A model generated the notes under the pieces. The model searched no databases and was not told the origin of the DNA. It worked only from the letters and a program-made list of their open reading frames with translations. Position numbers and translations under genes: made by a program. 64,000 nt of DNA, taken from Alphaproteobacteria bacterium (lineage in GTDB: Bacteria > Pseudomonadota > Alphaproteobacteria > MPNO01). Numbering within the stretch: position 1 is the first letter of the stretch; every line of letters begins with the position of its first letter. The stretch lies in the NCBI GenBank assembly GCA_965205995.1, contig OZ242200.1, positions 1,305,071 to 1,369,070 on the forward strand, read 5' to 3'. Shown here one piece after another: positions 1 through 7,879 of the stretch.

Positions 1-46
1 CCTCACACGGTGGCGTTCGCGATGCTGCGGATCGTCGTCCGGCACG

Positions 47-90
47 TCGGATCCCAAAAAAATACAGGGACGCACAAGGCGTCCCTGGGG
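47..90 (-). terminator. Rho-independent terminator: perfect 9-bp GC stem (CAGGGACGC/GCGTCCCTG, loop ACAAG/CUUGU) followed on the minus strand by TATTTTTTTGGG
   Basis: Read directly: plus strand aaaaaaatacagggacgcacaaggcgtccctggggt; minus strand gives hairpin then U7 tract. It ends the minus-strand transcript coming from the small-ORF islet / GC-rich region at 90-550. Confidence 0.6.
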
Positions 91-553
91 TCATGTTGAC
101 CGGACCCCGTGTATCCCTTTTCGGGCGGTGATCCGGTGGGTTGTATTGGCCCAGAACGTAGACATGTCGGACCTGTCTGGCAACCCTTCATCCGGCCCCC
201 CGCTGCCTCCCGTACCCGGGGGCCTGTGCTTGGCTCTGGACCCCGGAATTTCATTTCGCTCCGTCCGGGGTGACAGGGGAGGTAGTCCCTCCTCATCATA
301 TCGTCCGGAGCCGCGCGTGGCGCAGCGCAGCGGAGATATCTTCCGGCCTCGATGCCACCACGTCTGCGCGAGATTTCTCCGCTTCGCACCCGCAGCACTC
401 CGATCGGCATGACGGGGGGACAGGGGGCGCCCGGCGCATAAACACCGGCTGTCACCCCCGCCTATGCACCGGAGGCTGGGGGCGCACCTACCGGCCGCCG
501 AATGCGCGAAGTGGGGAATAACGCGGCGTTTAAACAATTGGGTGTTGTTTCGA

Positions 554-724
554 TTACTGCTTGGTCGTCGCGCTTTGCGGCGCTTCCGTTTGCCGTTCCT
601 TTCCACCGCTCGTTTCCTTGGTCGGGCCCCAAACCAGGCCAATCCCCAAGGCGAGGACAAAGCCAATCACCGGCATCGAGAACGCAAATGAAGAAGTACA
701 TGCGTGACTAATCTTTGCATTCAT
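554..724 (-). CDS. Small membrane protein (56 aa; one predicted TM helix SSFAFSMPVIGFVLALGIGLVWG, hydrophilic K/E/T-rich tail); third gene of an ATGA-coupled mini-operon
   Basis: ATG at 724 overlaps the TGA of the upstream 64-aa gene (ggATGAatg). RBS CAAGGAGCG with 8-nt spacer. About 50% GC against a ~68% background. Lies inside track ORF 554..772 (true start is its internal Met17). Confidence 0.45.
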   Translation of the reverse strand: MNAKISHACTSSFAFSMPVIGFVLALGIGLVWGPTKETSGGKERQTEAPQSATTKQ

Positions 725-915
725 CCGTTTACGCTCCTTGCCGTTGAGCCGCTCTGTCTGGCGGCGAACCAATAAGTGATGACCGCCGAGGCAATTGGAA
801 GGATGGCCAAGAATATGTCTTTGCCGTCATCGTGTTTGTCGGTGGCGATGAAATATCCCACAATAGCCGCTCCCACGACAAAAAGGAATCCAGTCGCCAC
901 GTAGGTCACGATCAT
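721..915 (-). CDS. Small two-TM membrane protein (64 aa), middle gene of the ATGA-coupled small-protein operon
   Basis: ORF track 721..915. Two hydrophobic helices (VATGFLFVVGAAIVGYFIA and IFLAILPIASAVITYWFAA). Its ATG overlaps the stop of the upstream 32-aa ORF (gtATGAtc). Low GC. Confidence 0.5.
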   Translation of the reverse strand: MIVTYVATGFLFVVGAAIVGYFIATDKHDDGKDIFLAILPIASAVITYWFAARQSGSTARSVNG

Positions 916-1010
916 ACGAACGGCGCTACGATTGTGTTCTCGCTGTTCCTCAGCATCGCTTTTCTTTCCGTTATGGGTTTTGCGGGATCGGTCTTTTCAT
1001 CCTCAGACAT
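912..1010 (-). CDS. Small hydrophilic protein, 32 aa (MSEDEKTDPAKPITERKAMLRNSENTIVAPFV), first gene of the coupled triad
   Basis: Not in the ORF track (<60 aa). AGGAGG RBS 4 nt before the ATG at 1010. TGA stop overlaps the next ATG. Low GC. Confidence 0.4.
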   Translation of the reverse strand: MSEDEKTDPAKPITERKAMLRNSENTIVAPFV

Positions 1011-1198
1011 GGATCCTCCTATCTGTATGTGATTTCAAATGACTGACGGCATGTCCAGCTACCAGGAACGGCGGCGCTCCGGAACTCAGACTCGAATTGC
1101 AGGATCGCGTACTACTCGATGTTGCGCCGACATGCGCCGGGTGCGGCGAGGGCGGCCCGCCAGAACGAGTGGGCCGCCCCACCAACCGCACCGATGGC

Positions 1199-1408
1199 CT
1201 ATGTCTTGTCCTTGTCCTTGTCCTTTGTGAGGTCCTCGACCTTGGTCGTCGATGCGTGCCGCCGAACGCTTTCTATTCCCCGCTGCGCGGCCTGCTTGGT
1301 CGTGTACCGCTCCGATGTCGCGATCACTTCGCCGGGTCCCGAAGCGTGCAGGTTGAACATGTATTGATCGTCGGAGGTCTTCTTCAACTCGTAATAAGCA
1401 TCAGCCAT
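1199..1408 (-). CDS. DUF1508 / YegP-like (UPF0339) small protein
   Basis: 69 aa; YEL.K..DDQY.F.L.A.NGEVIATSE.Y..K..A..GIESV pattern typical of the YegP tandem-domain family; KDKDKDKT tail. A GC hairpin (GGCGGCCC..GGGCCGCC) follows its stop. Confidence 0.6.
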   Translation of the reverse strand: MADAYYELKKTSDDQYMFNLHASGPGEVIATSERYTTKQAAQRGIESVRRHASTTKVEDLTKDKDKDKT

Positions 1409-1423
1409 GGCTGTTTCTCCACG

Positions 1424-1475
1424 AGAAGGAAGGCGCAGTTGACCGGTTCACGGAATGCTTTAGGATTTCCGCGCT
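1424..1475 (+). repeat. Direct repeat A (GAAGGAAGGCGCAG..GGAATGCTTTAGGATTTCC) with an embedded sigma70-like promoter TTGACC-17-TAGGAT
   Basis: Read directly. Also flanked by a 10-bp inverted repeat GGAAGGCGCA (1427-1436) / TGCGCCTTCC (1481-1490). Confidence 0.4.
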
Positions 1476-1638
1476 GATATGTTTGTCTCGTGCGCCTTCC
1501 AGGGTTTACACGAGGCCACCTTGGCCGGGCTTTGCCAGGCCTATTTTGTCGTGGCATGTCGTCATAGAACTAAGTAAGGCTGGATCTACTACTCGGCGGT
1601 TGTCGTTTTCGCCGCCGATTCTACTGTCGTGGGCAGAT

Positions 1639-1681
1639 AAGAAAGGAAGGCGCAGGCGGAATGCTCTAGGATTTCGGATGG
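1639..1681 (+). repeat. Direct repeat B: second copy of repeat A lacking the TTGACCGGTTCAC segment (GAAAGGAAGGCGCAGGCGGAATGCTCTAGGATTTCGG)
   Basis: Read directly; ~215 bp downstream of repeat A in the 550-bp divergent intergenic region between the DUF1508 gene and the TauD gene. Confidence 0.4.
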
Positions 1682-1781
1682 GCCGGCCGCGCCGTTCGGT
1701 TCGGCGGTCGGGAATGCGGCCGCCGACCGTGACGAGCGGGAGAGGACGCGGCGGTCCCTCGGTACGGTCCCGGCAGACCTG

Positions 1782-1817
1782 CTCGGGATGAGGGGCGCGG
1801 GGATACCTCGCCCTGAG
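1782..1817 (-). repeat. Core-only copy (copy 6) of the palindromic intergenic repeat family: CTCGGGATGAGG-N12-CCTCGCCCTGAG
   Basis: Matches the reverse-complement core of the copies at 9190, 20650, 25504, 29937 and 15069. Confidence 0.45.
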
Positions 1818-1958
1818 CGGCGGCGATGCCGCGCGGTGAGAACGTCCCGGATATCCGAACCGGCGCCCGGCAGAGGATCGGTCTGCCTCCGTGGCTGTCG
1901 CGGCGCGACGGAGGGTGTATCCTGACGGGGCGGGATCGGTGCCGGGGGGAGGACGCGT

Positions 1959-2825
1959 ATGGCGCTCGAAATCTTGCCCATCGAGGCGACGCTGGGCGCC
2001 ACGGTGCGGGGCGTCGGGCTTGCCTCCATCGACGATGCGACCTTCGCCGCGATCGCGCGCGCGTGGGACGACCACGCCGTCCTGGTGTTCCCGGACCAGC
2101 ATCTGTCGGAGGCCGAACAGGGCGCCTTCAGCCGCCGCTTCGGGCCGCTGGAGCGCAGCCTGACGGAGAACAACGTGGGCGCCGACCCGGAGATCATCGT
2201 GCTCTCCAATATGCGCGAGAACGGTGGGCTGTGGCCGGCCGACAGCGCGCACGGGCTGTTCCTTGAGGGCAACAATTACTGGCACACCGATTCGTCCTAC
2301 AAGCGCGTCCCGTCCAAGGGCTCGGCGCTGGCCGCGAGGACGGTGCCGGCGACCGGCGGGGAGACCGCCTTCGCCGACATGCGCGCGGCCTACGATGCGC
2401 TGGAGACGGAGCTGCGGGACTGGCTCGCCGACAAGACGGCGGTCCACAGCTACGCCTACAGCCAGGGCCGGGTCGGCGGCACCGAGGCGCTGAGCCAGGC
2501 GGAATGGGACGCGCTGCCGCCGGTCGCCCACCCGGTGGTGCGGCGCCACCCGGCGACCGGTCGGCCCTGCCTCTATATCGGGCGCCATGCGAGCCATCTC
2601 GTCGGCGAGGACGAGGGGGAGAGCCGCGCCCTTCTAGAACGTCTGTGCGAGGAGGCGTGCCGGCCGCCCCGCGTCTTCACCCATCGCTGGCGGGCGGGCG
2701 ATCTGGTGCTGTGGGACAATCGCTGCGTGCTGCATCGCGGCCTCGGCCACCCGCCGGACCAGCCGCGCCACATGACCCGCACCACGCTCGCCGGCGACGG
2801 CGGGTCCAACGAGTGGTCGCTCTAG
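1959..2825 (+). CDS. TauD/TfdA-family Fe(II)/2-oxoglutarate-dependent dioxygenase
   Basis: 288 aa; HTDSSY (HxD) motif, WDNRCVLHRG near the C-terminus; typical TauD length. Confidence 0.85.
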   Translation: MALEILPIEATLGATVRGVGLASIDDATFAAIARAWDDHAVLVFPDQHLSEAEQGAFSRRFGPLERSLTENNVGADPEIIVLSNMRENGGLWPADSAHGLFLEGNNYWHTDSSYKRVPSKGSALAARTVPATGGETAFADMRAAYDALETELRDWLADKTAVHSYAYSQGRVGGTEALSQAEWDALPPVAHPVVRRHPATGRPCLYIGRHASHLVGEDEGESRALLERLCEEACRPPRVFTHRWRAGDLVLWDNRCVLHRGLGHPPDQPRHMTRTTLAGDGGSNEWSL

Positions 2826-2828
2826 GCG

Positions 2829-4154
2829 CTAGCCCGGGCCTAGCGCCAGGATCTTGCGGACCAGCACCGTGGCGAGCTGCTGCGCCCGCGCGATGTCGGC
2901 GGCACCGAGGCGCTGGCGCAGGGCAGCGCGCCGGCGGACGGCCTCGCGGTTCCCCTGGGCGGCGGCGAGGTCGTACCAGGCAAAGGCCCGGACATCGTCT
3001 TCCGGCACGCCGCGCCCCGAATCGTACATCGCGGCCAGGTTGAACTGGGCCGGCGCTTCGCCCTGCTCGGCCGCGGCGCGGTACCATTTGACGGCCTCGC
3101 GATCGTCCCGGGGCAGCCCGCCCTTGCCGGTCTGGAACATGATGCCGAGGCCGTTCTGCGCGCCCGCGTGCCCCTGCCCGGCGGCCGCGCGATACAATCG
3201 CACCGCCTCGAAATCGTCCACCACCACGCCCTCGCCGCCATCGTACATGGAGGCGAGATTGAACTGCGCCTGCGGGTTTCCCCGTTCGGCCGCCAGGCGG
3301 TACCAGGTCAGGGCCTCGGAATCGTTCTCCGCCACGCCGCCGCCCCGGTCCAATTTGAAGCCGAGGCCGACCTGTGCCCGCGCGAGCCCCTGCCGCGCGG
3401 CCTTGCGGAGCCATTTGACGGCTTCGGCATCGTCGCGGGGGACGCCCTCGCCGTTTTCGTACTTCGTCCCGAGAACGAACTGCGCCTTCGCATCCCCCTG
3501 CAGGGCGGCGAGACGGTACCATTCCACGGCCTCGGCATCGTCCTCCACCACGCCGCGGCCCTCGTCATACATGACGCCGAGGTTGATCTGCGCGATCGCG
3601 CTTCCCCGTTCAGCCGCCTTGCGAAACCATCCGAGGGCCTCAACGTGGTTTTTCAAGACGCCCTCGCCGGCGAAATAGAGGATGCCGAGATTGATCCCCG
3701 CTTCGATGCTCCCGCGTTCGGCCGCCTCGCGGTACCATCTGACGGCTTCGGCGCGGTCCCGGAGCGCGCCCTGGGCGCGATGGCGGATCAGGCCGAGATT
3801 GAACTGCGCCTCGGTTTTTCCCTGTTCGGCCGCCTTGCGATACCATTCGGCGGCCTCGGCGAGGCTCCGCGCAATGCCCTCGCCGGTGTCGTACATGTAG
3901 CCGATCTGGAACTGCGCGACCGCATCCCCCTGCTGCGCCGCCCTGAGAAACCATTCGAACGCCCGGGCCCGGTCGCGGGTTGCGCCGCGCCCATTGTAAT
4001 ACATGTCGCCCATGCGGCGCTGGGCCCTCGGATCGCCCTGCTCGGCCGCCATTCGTTCGTACAGATCGGCCGCCGCCGCGCCGCGATCGAGCGCGGCGAG
4101 CGTCGCCAGAAAGATCGACGCCGATACCGCCAGCGCGCCGGAAACCCGCTTCAA
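2829..4154 (-). CDS. Secreted Sel1-repeat (TPR-like) protein, ~11 repeats
   Basis: 441 aa; N-terminal signal-peptide-like segment; reiterated A.AQ..LG.MY..G.GV..D...A..WYRKAAEQG units. TTG start per ORF track. A convergent hairpin shared with the TauD stop lies at 2820-2845. Confidence 0.8.
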   Translation of the reverse strand: MKRVSGALAVSASIFLATLAALDRGAAAADLYERMAAEQGDPRAQRRMGDMYYNGRGATRDRARAFEWFLRAAQQGDAVAQFQIGYMYDTGEGIARSLAEAAEWYRKAAEQGKTEAQFNLGLIRHRAQGALRDRAEAVRWYREAAERGSIEAGINLGILYFAGEGVLKNHVEALGWFRKAAERGSAIAQINLGVMYDEGRGVVEDDAEAVEWYRLAALQGDAKAQFVLGTKYENGEGVPRDDAEAVKWLRKAARQGLARAQVGLGFKLDRGGGVAENDSEALTWYRLAAERGNPQAQFNLASMYDGGEGVVVDDFEAVRLYRAAAGQGHAGAQNGLGIMFQTGKGGLPRDDREAVKWYRAAAEQGEAPAQFNLAAMYDSGRGVPEDDVRAFAWYDLAAAQGNREAVRRRAALRQRLGAADIARAQQLATVLVRKILALGPG

Positions 4155-4332
4155 GCCGAGGCCCCCCGGCGTCCCGGGCGGCCGGGATCCGCGGCGTCAG
4201 GCTCGAAGCGCGCCGGAATTTTCGGCCATCGGCACATGATATGATTGTATGCGAAATTGACATACTACTCCAGCTTGCGATTTGTCGCAGACATCCGGCG
4301 CGCAGGTCTCGCCGCGTTCGGGCGGGCCGGGC

Positions 4333-5241
4333 CTATCGCGGCTTGCCGGGCCTCGCGCGGAGCGATCTTGCCTGCAGTGCGATGGGGATGGAGAGCGTGG
4401 TCAGCACGAACAGCCCGGTCAGCAGCTTCAGATCGGACGGTATGAGGCCGAGTGCGAGCGCCACCGCCACCACCTGGAAATAGGCCAGCGAGCCGACCAC
4501 CGGGGCCGCGAGCTGGCGGGTCAGCGTGCTGCGCCCCACCAGGGTTTCGCCGAGGATGGTGGCCGCCAGCCCGACGATCAGCACGCCCACCCCCATATTG
4601 ACGTCGGCATAGGCCTGGTGCTGGGCCATCACCGCGCCGCCGAAGGCGCTGAACCCGCCGGCCATGGCGAACCCGGCGACGATGTAATAGTGGGTCGGAA
4701 TGCCCTGCGCGCGCGACATCGCCTGGTTGGCCCCGACGCACCGGAGCGCCATGCCGAACTCGGTGTTGAGGAACCAGTAGAAGACGGCGAGAAAAACCAG
4801 CACCAGGGCCAGGATCAGGACGAACTGGGTCCGCGGCTCGCCCCCGTCGGCGTCCAGCGCCAGGGTGAAGATCGAATCGTTGTCGAACAGCGCGGTGTTG
4901 GGCCTGCCCATGACCCGGATGTTGATGCTGAACAGCATGGTGAGGACGATGATCCCCGCCAGCAGCGAGGGAACGCGCAGATAGAGGTGGATCAGGGCGG
5001 TGGTCGCGCCGACGACAAAGCCGAACAGGACGGCCGCCGACAGGCCGAGCACGGGGTGGAGCCCCGACACCGTGAGGGCCGCGAAGATGGCCGCGCCGAA
5101 CGGAAAGGCCCCTTCCGATGTCAGGTCGGGCAGCCCCAGAATGCGGAACGGAATCATCACCGCGAGCGCGGGGAAGGCGAAGATCGCGCCCTGGACCAGG
5201 CTTACCGTGAACAGGTTGACGTACATGTCGACGAAGCCCAT
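4333..5241 (-). CDS. ABC transporter permease (COG4120-type, partner of the PF04392 substrate-binding protein)
   Basis: 302 aa polytopic membrane protein directly downstream of, and co-oriented with, the ATPase and SBP genes. Confidence 0.8.
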   Translation of the reverse strand: MGFVDMYVNLFTVSLVQGAIFAFPALAVMIPFRILGLPDLTSEGAFPFGAAIFAALTVSGLHPVLGLSAAVLFGFVVGATTALIHLYLRVPSLLAGIIVLTMLFSINIRVMGRPNTALFDNDSIFTLALDADGGEPRTQFVLILALVLVFLAVFYWFLNTEFGMALRCVGANQAMSRAQGIPTHYYIVAGFAMAGGFSAFGGAVMAQHQAYADVNMGVGVLIVGLAATILGETLVGRSTLTRQLAAPVVGSLAYFQVVAVALALGLIPSDLKLLTGLFVLTTLSIPIALQARSLRARPGKPR

Positions 5242-5251
5242 ACCGGCACCG

Positions 5252-6031
5252 TCAGCCCAGCAGCATCTTGTCGTCGGTGACGCGGAACCGCCCGACCAGG
5301 TCGTTCACGGAAAGGCCCGATTTCTCGGCCGCTGCCGCGTCGAGGACGATCTGGCCCTCATGCATCATGAACAGCCGGCCGCCGAATTGCAGCGCGTGCT
5401 GCATGTTGTGGGTGACCATGACGGTGGTGATGGCCTCCCCGGTCACCACCTCCGATGTCAGCCTGAGCACGAGCTCGGCCGCGCGCGGATCGAGGGCCGA
5501 GCAATGCTCGTCCAGCAGCATCAGCCGCGGCGCCACCAGCGACGCCATGATCAGGGTCAGGGACTGGCGCTGGCCGCCGGAAAGGAACTGGACCTTTTCC
5601 GACAGGCGGTTCTCCAGGCCGAGCCCGAGAACCGAAATCTTCTCCCGGAAATATTCCCGGTTGCGCCGGTTGAGCCCGAGCCTGAACGTCTTTCGCTTTC
5701 CCCGCCGCGAGGCGACGGCCAGGTTCTCCTCGATGCTGAGGGCGGGGGCTGTGCCCTGCATCGGGTCCTGGAACACGCGCGATATCAGGCTCGCTCGCTT
5801 GTAGACGGGCTGGTTCCCGACATCGCGCCCGTCGATCAGGATTTCCCCCGAATCGATCAGGACTTCGCCGGCAAGGGCGTTCAGGAGCGTGCTCTTGCCG
5901 GCGCCGTTGCTGCCGATGACGACGGCGAATTCGCCGTCCTCCAGGTCGAAATCGATGTCCCGCAAGGCGATTTTTTCGTTCGGGGTGCCGGGCGAAAAAA
6001 CCTTGCTCGCATTGCGGATGCGGACCGACAC
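5252..6031 (-). CDS. ABC transporter ATP-binding protein (COG1101-type)
   Basis: Walker A GSNGAGKST, signature LSGGQRQ, Walker B LLLDE, H-loop. Confidence 0.9.
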   Translation of the reverse strand: MSVRIRNASKVFSPGTPNEKIALRDIDFDLEDGEFAVVIGSNGAGKSTLLNALAGEVLIDSGEILIDGRDVGNQPVYKRASLISRVFQDPMQGTAPALSIEENLAVASRRGKRKTFRLGLNRRNREYFREKISVLGLGLENRLSEKVQFLSGGQRQSLTLIMASLVAPRLMLLDEHCSALDPRAAELVLRLTSEVVTGEAITTVMVTHNMQHALQFGGRLFMMHEGQIVLDAAAAEKSGLSVNDLVGRFRVTDDKMLLG

Positions 6032-6051
6032 CGCACCCTACCGGCGACCGG

Positions 6052-7032
6052 TCACATCACGCATTTGCAGTCCTTGAAGGCCGCCGGTATCGGCAGCTTC
6101 AGCTCGCCGAACCGCTTGGCGCTGAGGAACACCCCGTGATCCTCCGGCCGGGGCCGGAAAATCGCAAGCTCGGACGGCTTGGCGCCGCGCAGAATCTTGG
6201 CGGCGAGCAGCCCGGCCTGGCGCCCGACATCCCGCCAGGACACCGAGACCGCGGCCAGGACATGCCCGGCCTTGACGCCCGCCGGGCTCGCGTTGATCAC
6301 CGGGATCCTGTTGCGCTTCGCCGACGCGGCCACCGCCGCGAGGGCGGGTTGCAGCATGCTGGACGGGATGAGGTAGATGAAATCCACCCCCTTGAGGGCC
6401 TCCACCCGGTTGGGGATGTCGTTGGTGGTCTCGACGCTGATCGCCCGCAACGCGATGCCCACCTTCTTGGCGGCGGCCTCGGCGTATTTGACGTTCACCC
6501 GGTCGTTCGCGTCGCCCGGGTTGAACAGGAGCCCCATCGTCGAGACCTTGCCCAGGATCAGCTTCGACTTGCCGATGACGGTGTCCATGTCCTGGAGGTT
6601 GGAGGCGCCGACGAAACGGGCGCTCCCCTTGTCCCAGGATTTCACCAGCCCCGCGTCCACCGGATCGGTGACCGGCGCGAAGACGATCGGCAGGGACTTG
6701 TTGCGGATCACCCGCCTGGACGCCTGGGTGATCGGCGTCGTCACGGTCAACAACAAATCGGGGCTGGACGCTTCCAGCGCCGTCAGCACCTGCGCCACCA
6801 GAGACGGGTCGAAATTCGCGTCCTTGTAGACGTATTCGACACCCGCGCCTTCCTTGAGACCCTGGCTCGCCAGACCCGATTTGAAGCCGTCGATCACCAG
6901 CTTGAGAACCGAATGCGGGCCGAGGCTGGCGATCGCGACCTTCTTGTTCGCAGCCTGTGCCGGGAAGAGAGTAAACGCCGACAGGGCCAGTCCCAGGGCG
7001 ATGAGCCCGGAACCGCGCTGCAACCTGATCAT
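6052..7032 (-). CDS. ABC transporter substrate-binding protein, ABC_sub_bind/COG2984 family (annotated in pathway databases, as far as I recall, as a putative Trp/Tyr transport system SBP)
   Basis: Track ORF 6052..7125; the likely start is internal M (MIRLQRGSGLIALGLALSAFTLFPAQA signal peptide). Domain-family resemblance (PF04392-like). Confidence 0.75.
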   Translation of the reverse strand: MIRLQRGSGLIALGLALSAFTLFPAQAANKKVAIASLGPHSVLKLVIDGFKSGLASQGLKEGAGVEYVYKDANFDPSLVAQVLTALEASSPDLLLTVTTPITQASRRVIRNKSLPIVFAPVTDPVDAGLVKSWDKGSARFVGASNLQDMDTVIGKSKLILGKVSTMGLLFNPGDANDRVNVKYAEAAAKKVGIALRAISVETTNDIPNRVEALKGVDFIYLIPSSMLQPALAAVAASAKRNRIPVINASPAGVKAGHVLAAVSVSWRDVGRQAGLLAAKILRGAKPSELAIFRPRPEDHGVFLSAKRFGELKLPIPAAFKDCKCVM

Positions 7033-7084
7033 GCTTGCCTCCCCTCTATCGTTTGTTTCGATTTTCGGATCGCAACGAAGAATG

Positions 7085-7879
7085 CTAGACGAGTTCGAGT
7101 GTAGTCCCTCTCCTGCCGGTCGCACGGAGAATCGAGTACCAGATCGAGCTCAGCATTTCGGTGCCCGACACCCCGATTGCGGGCTGGCGCTTCTCGGTCC
7201 GCAGCAGGCCGCCCTCGCGGTCCCAGGCCTCGACCTCGGCGACCGCGCAATCGAGCCCCGGATCGCAGACCAGCCGGGCCTCGCAGTCGTCGAGCCCGGT
7301 CGACACCAGCGCGCAGGTCACCATGGTGTTGACGTTGCGCGGGTAGAGATGGGCGATGCCGCGGACCGGACCCTGGTATATGACGGTCTCCCCGTCGATC
7401 CGGTCGGGGTCGAGGCCGCTATCCGAAAAATCGATATTGTCCGGGTGCTTCCTGAAGGTGATCCGCACGCGCTCCCAGCTCCCCGCCCGCATCGCCAGCT
7501 CGTCGCCGCCCGCCAGCGCGCCGGCGGGCAGGAGCAGGCCGGTGCCGTTCTCCTTCGCGGCGGCCTCCAGCCGGGCCCGAAGCCCGTCATCGGCGAGCGC
7601 CGTGACCGAGAGCGGCATGTAGCTGGCGAAGCCGAGAAACCCGGCGCCGAAGCGCTCCGTGATACTGGGATGGGCGCATTCGACGATCAAATCGGGGCGG
7701 CGGGCGCGGGCGCCTTCCAGGTCGTCCAGCCGGATGGCCGGGTCGAGGCCGGCCAGCGCCTCCGGGCTCCGATTGTGGACGAAGGCGGTTTCGAACCGCC
7801 TTTCGCTCCGCCCGATCCGGTCCACGATGAAGCGGCCGATATAGCCGTAGCCGATCACCCCTATGCGCAGCGCGCTCAT
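7085..7879 (-). CDS. Aspartate dehydrogenase (NadX/DUF108) family protein
   Basis: GVIGYGYIGRF Rossmann motif after internal M (MSALRIGVIGYG). Start overlaps the kynU stop (ATGA). Confidence 0.65.
   Translation of the reverse strand: MSALRIGVIGYGYIGRFIVDRIGRSERRFETAFVHNRSPEALAGLDPAIRLDDLEGARARRPDLIVECAHPSITERFGAGFLGFASYMPLSVTALADDGLRARLEAAAKENGTGLLLPAGALAGGDELAMRAGSWERVRITFRKHPDNIDFSDSGLDPDRIDGETVIYQGPVRGIAHLYPRNVNTMVTCALVSTGLDDCEARLVCDPGLDCAVAEVEAWDREGGLLRTEKRQPAIGVSGTEMLSSIWYSILRATGRRGTTLELV

Noticed and set aside
3-455. ORF 3..455 (-) 150 aa and 91..666 (-) 191 aa as protein genes
   Set aside because: 3..455 reads through the intrinsic terminator hairpin at 47-90, and both have aberrant composition; treated instead as non-coding 3' region (see finding).
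2815-2845. GGCGCTAGCC-CGGG-CCTAGCGCC hairpin spanning the convergent TauD and Sel1 stop codons as a bidirectional terminator
   Set aside because: A good stem but no U-tract on either strand. Left as a note in the gene evidence rather than a called terminator.
4240-4300. TTGACA-17-ATTTGT promoter-like element on the plus strand in the Sel1 / permease intergenic AT-rich patch
   Set aside because: No plus-strand gene lies downstream. More likely part of the minus-strand Sel1 promoter region or coincidental, so not called.
1506-5280. ORFs 1506..2597(-), 2677..3522(-), 2854..3678(+), 3168..4244(+), 3640..4263(-), 4282..5280(+)
   Set aside because: Alternative-frame or antisense shadows of the TauD, Sel1-repeat and ABC permease genes; the real genes carry diagnostic motifs and these do not.
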